A stretch of DNA of 49,721 nt from Candidatus Nanohaloarchaea archaeon (GTDB taxonomy: Archaea; EX4484-52; GLR71). The position numbers were made by a program, and so were the translations under genes. The stretch lies in the NCBI GenBank assembly GCA_030594675.1, contig JAUVES010000001.1, forward strand, positions 1 through 49,721. Direction: 5' to 3'. Shown here one piece after another: positions 48,831 to 49,721 of this stretch. Under the pieces are notes generated by a model, which worked only from the letters and a program-made list of their open reading frames with translations, had not been told where the DNA came from and did not search any database. Within the stretch, counting starts at the first letter, position 1; every line of letters starts with the position of its first letter.

Positions 48831-49721
48831 TTAAGCAGCACTCTCTACGCCTATCTCCATTGCATTAACATCAGTTTCTTCCCAAGCAGCTGCATCAGCA
48901 GGATTATTTTCCCACAGATTCCAAAGACTCTTAGCAGTTGCAGGAACAACTTTGTCTCCACTAAGATAATCAGTACCTCCACTTCTAACAACAAGTTTCA
49001 GATTAGTCGGAGTCGGAACTCCATCAGTTTTTACTCGACTCTGAATTTGGACACACTTGATATCGCTGATAGCTCCTACCATATTTGCAGTAGCATAGGT
49101 ATCCACAGCATCATTAGAGTTAATGCTGACATAATCTGCATCACTAGCAGGCTTTTCATCTACGCACTGCCAATTAGCACCTACCGATGGCGTCCAACCG
49201 GTTGTATTTCCAACTCCTATTGGAACAAGAGCCTGGATATAAGTCTTGTCTATCCACGCAGCATCGTCCATTATTAGATTATCGAAGTATGCCTTCCCGT
49301 GATAGCCCGCTGTATAATAACCAAGCCTAACTTTATTAAATTGAGTATTAGCACCTTCTTTGGTATCGCCTGTAAAATCAATGTCCGTTACACTATCAAC
49401 CTTTACAACAAATCTTCCACCAGCATCAGCAACTTTGAATCTTACTTCGATCAAATATGTCGTGCTGTTAGCAATGGTTTTTGTACCACTGGCTACTACT
49501 GTTGTACCTCTATAGCTGTCTAAGTTATTTGTAGAATTGTTTCTGAAAAGAGATGATAAATAAGTAGCTCCGTTATAAAACAAAATAATAGGTTGATGCG
49601 TCGCCACGGCTATTGATCTCCATAAAAAAGCAAAATACATTTCGTCGTCGGCAGTGATGTCTTTAGAAACATACGCACTGGCAGCCGTCAAATCAAGGCA
49701 ATAGCTTCCATCCATATCAAG
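48831..49721 (-). CDS. Virion fibre-like protein, 3' part (gene continues at 231..142; total 326 aa)
   Basis: The ORF is open to the window end. The N-terminal DGFESG..W pattern resembles LamG/concanavalin-like jelly-roll proteins (weak). Confidence 0.7.
   Translation of the reverse strand, partial: LDMDGSYCLDLTAASAYVSKDITADDEMYFAFLWRSIAVATHQPIILFYNGATYLSSLFRNNSTNNLDSYRGTTVVASGTKTIANSTTYLIEVRFKVADAGGRFVVKVDSVTDIDFTGDTKEGANTQFNKVRLGYYTAGYHGKAYFDNLIMDDAAWIDKTYIQALVPIGVGNTTGWTPSVGANWQCVDEKPASDADYVSINSNDAVDTYATANMVGAISDIKCVQIQSRVKTDGVPTPTNLKLVVRSGGTDYLSGDKVVPATAKSLWNLWENNPADAAAWEETDVNAMEIGVESAA
49581..49721. repeat. Terminal direct repeat copy 2 (identical to 1..141)
   Basis: Direct comparison of the window ends. 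Confidence 0.95.

Noticed and set aside
302-49523. Many track ORFs lie antisense to, or nested in, long well-supported genes: 302..508, 617..808, 1453..1731, 1816..2160, 1878..2153, 2533..2742, 3408..3599, 4816..5220, 6700..6888, 10408..10644, 11309..11500, 12501..12800, 13062..13280, 14540..14737, 14799..15197, 16278..16556, 17522..19849 internal ones, 21449..21661, 23815..24042, 25488..29123 internal ones, 29669..30274, 30460..30696, 31143..31427, 31552..31734, 32041..32322, 33177..33796, 34128..34316, 34862..35056, 37246..38700, 39559..39943, 40598..41553, 42092..42622, 42890..43701, 44312..44818, 45668..45979, 47674..48085, 49047..49523
   Set aside because: Each is embedded in or antisense to a longer ORF that has a motif-supported product or a proper SD and tight operon packing. 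Their translations are low-complexity or Cys/Ser/Leu-rich, and they lack SD sequences.
1-49721. Searched by eye for tRNA genes (T-loop GTTCRANNC within cloverleaf), CRISPR arrays, rRNA, integrase/excisionase, CI/Cro-type repressor, and transposase or IS elements
   Set aside because: None found. The GC-richer spacers (4431-4520, 5330-5500, 9490-9680, 23717-23847, 24211-24331) do not fold into a cloverleaf by eye. A tRNAscan-SE/Infernal run would be the decisive check, especially for a UGA suppressor tRNA relevant to the RCC1 gene.

Overview
The window is a complete tailed dsDNA phage genome. Its first and last 141 nt are identical, so the unique sequence is 49,580 bp from a circularly closed or terminally redundant assembly. 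One virion gene is split by the linearisation.

Gene layout:
- The genes form two divergent blocks that meet at a promoter-rich region (about 3.6-4.1 kb) and converge at about 24.6 kb.
- The + strand (4.1-24.5 kb) holds many small early genes and a replication/nucleotide module: ATP-dependent DNA ligase, two-thirds of the recombination set (Cas4-like PD-(D/E)XK nuclease, AAA ATPase), a ParB-DNA methyltransferase fusion, family A DNA polymerase with an N-terminal UDG-like domain, a DUF3987-like P-loop protein, dCMP deaminase, a DnaQ-like exonuclease and a free-standing HNH endonuclease.
- The - strand (49.7-24.7 kb, continuing through 3.6 kb-1) holds morphogenesis genes: an HTH protein that may be the small terminase, TerL, a terminase-associated HNH, fibre-like proteins, small membrane proteins, portal, scaffold-like protein, major capsid, an RCC1-repeat protein, many unknown virion proteins and a 1543-aa giant protein.
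- By eye I recognised no tRNA, rRNA, CRISPR array, integrase, repressor, RNA polymerase, replicative helicase/primase or endolysin.

Main observations:
1. A 23-bp quasi-palindrome (CTWYGTTCRA-N3-TYGAACRWAG) occurs 14 times. Most copies sit directly in front of Shine-Dalgarno sites on both strands, which suggests an undescribed phage-specific regulatory element.
2. A single in-frame TGA splits an RCC1-repeat gene into 11 + 3 blades (14 = two seven-bladed propellers). This points to programmed readthrough or a very recent nonsense mutation.
3. A non-coding region looks like a replication origin: 9-bp-phased hexamer arrays in inverted orientation flank a 37-nt A/T-only tract.
4. A cluster of near-consensus sigma70 promoters precedes the early genes.
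5. A 25-bp RNA duplex encloses the first early gene.

Functional calls come from motifs read by eye and from gene order. No database search was run.
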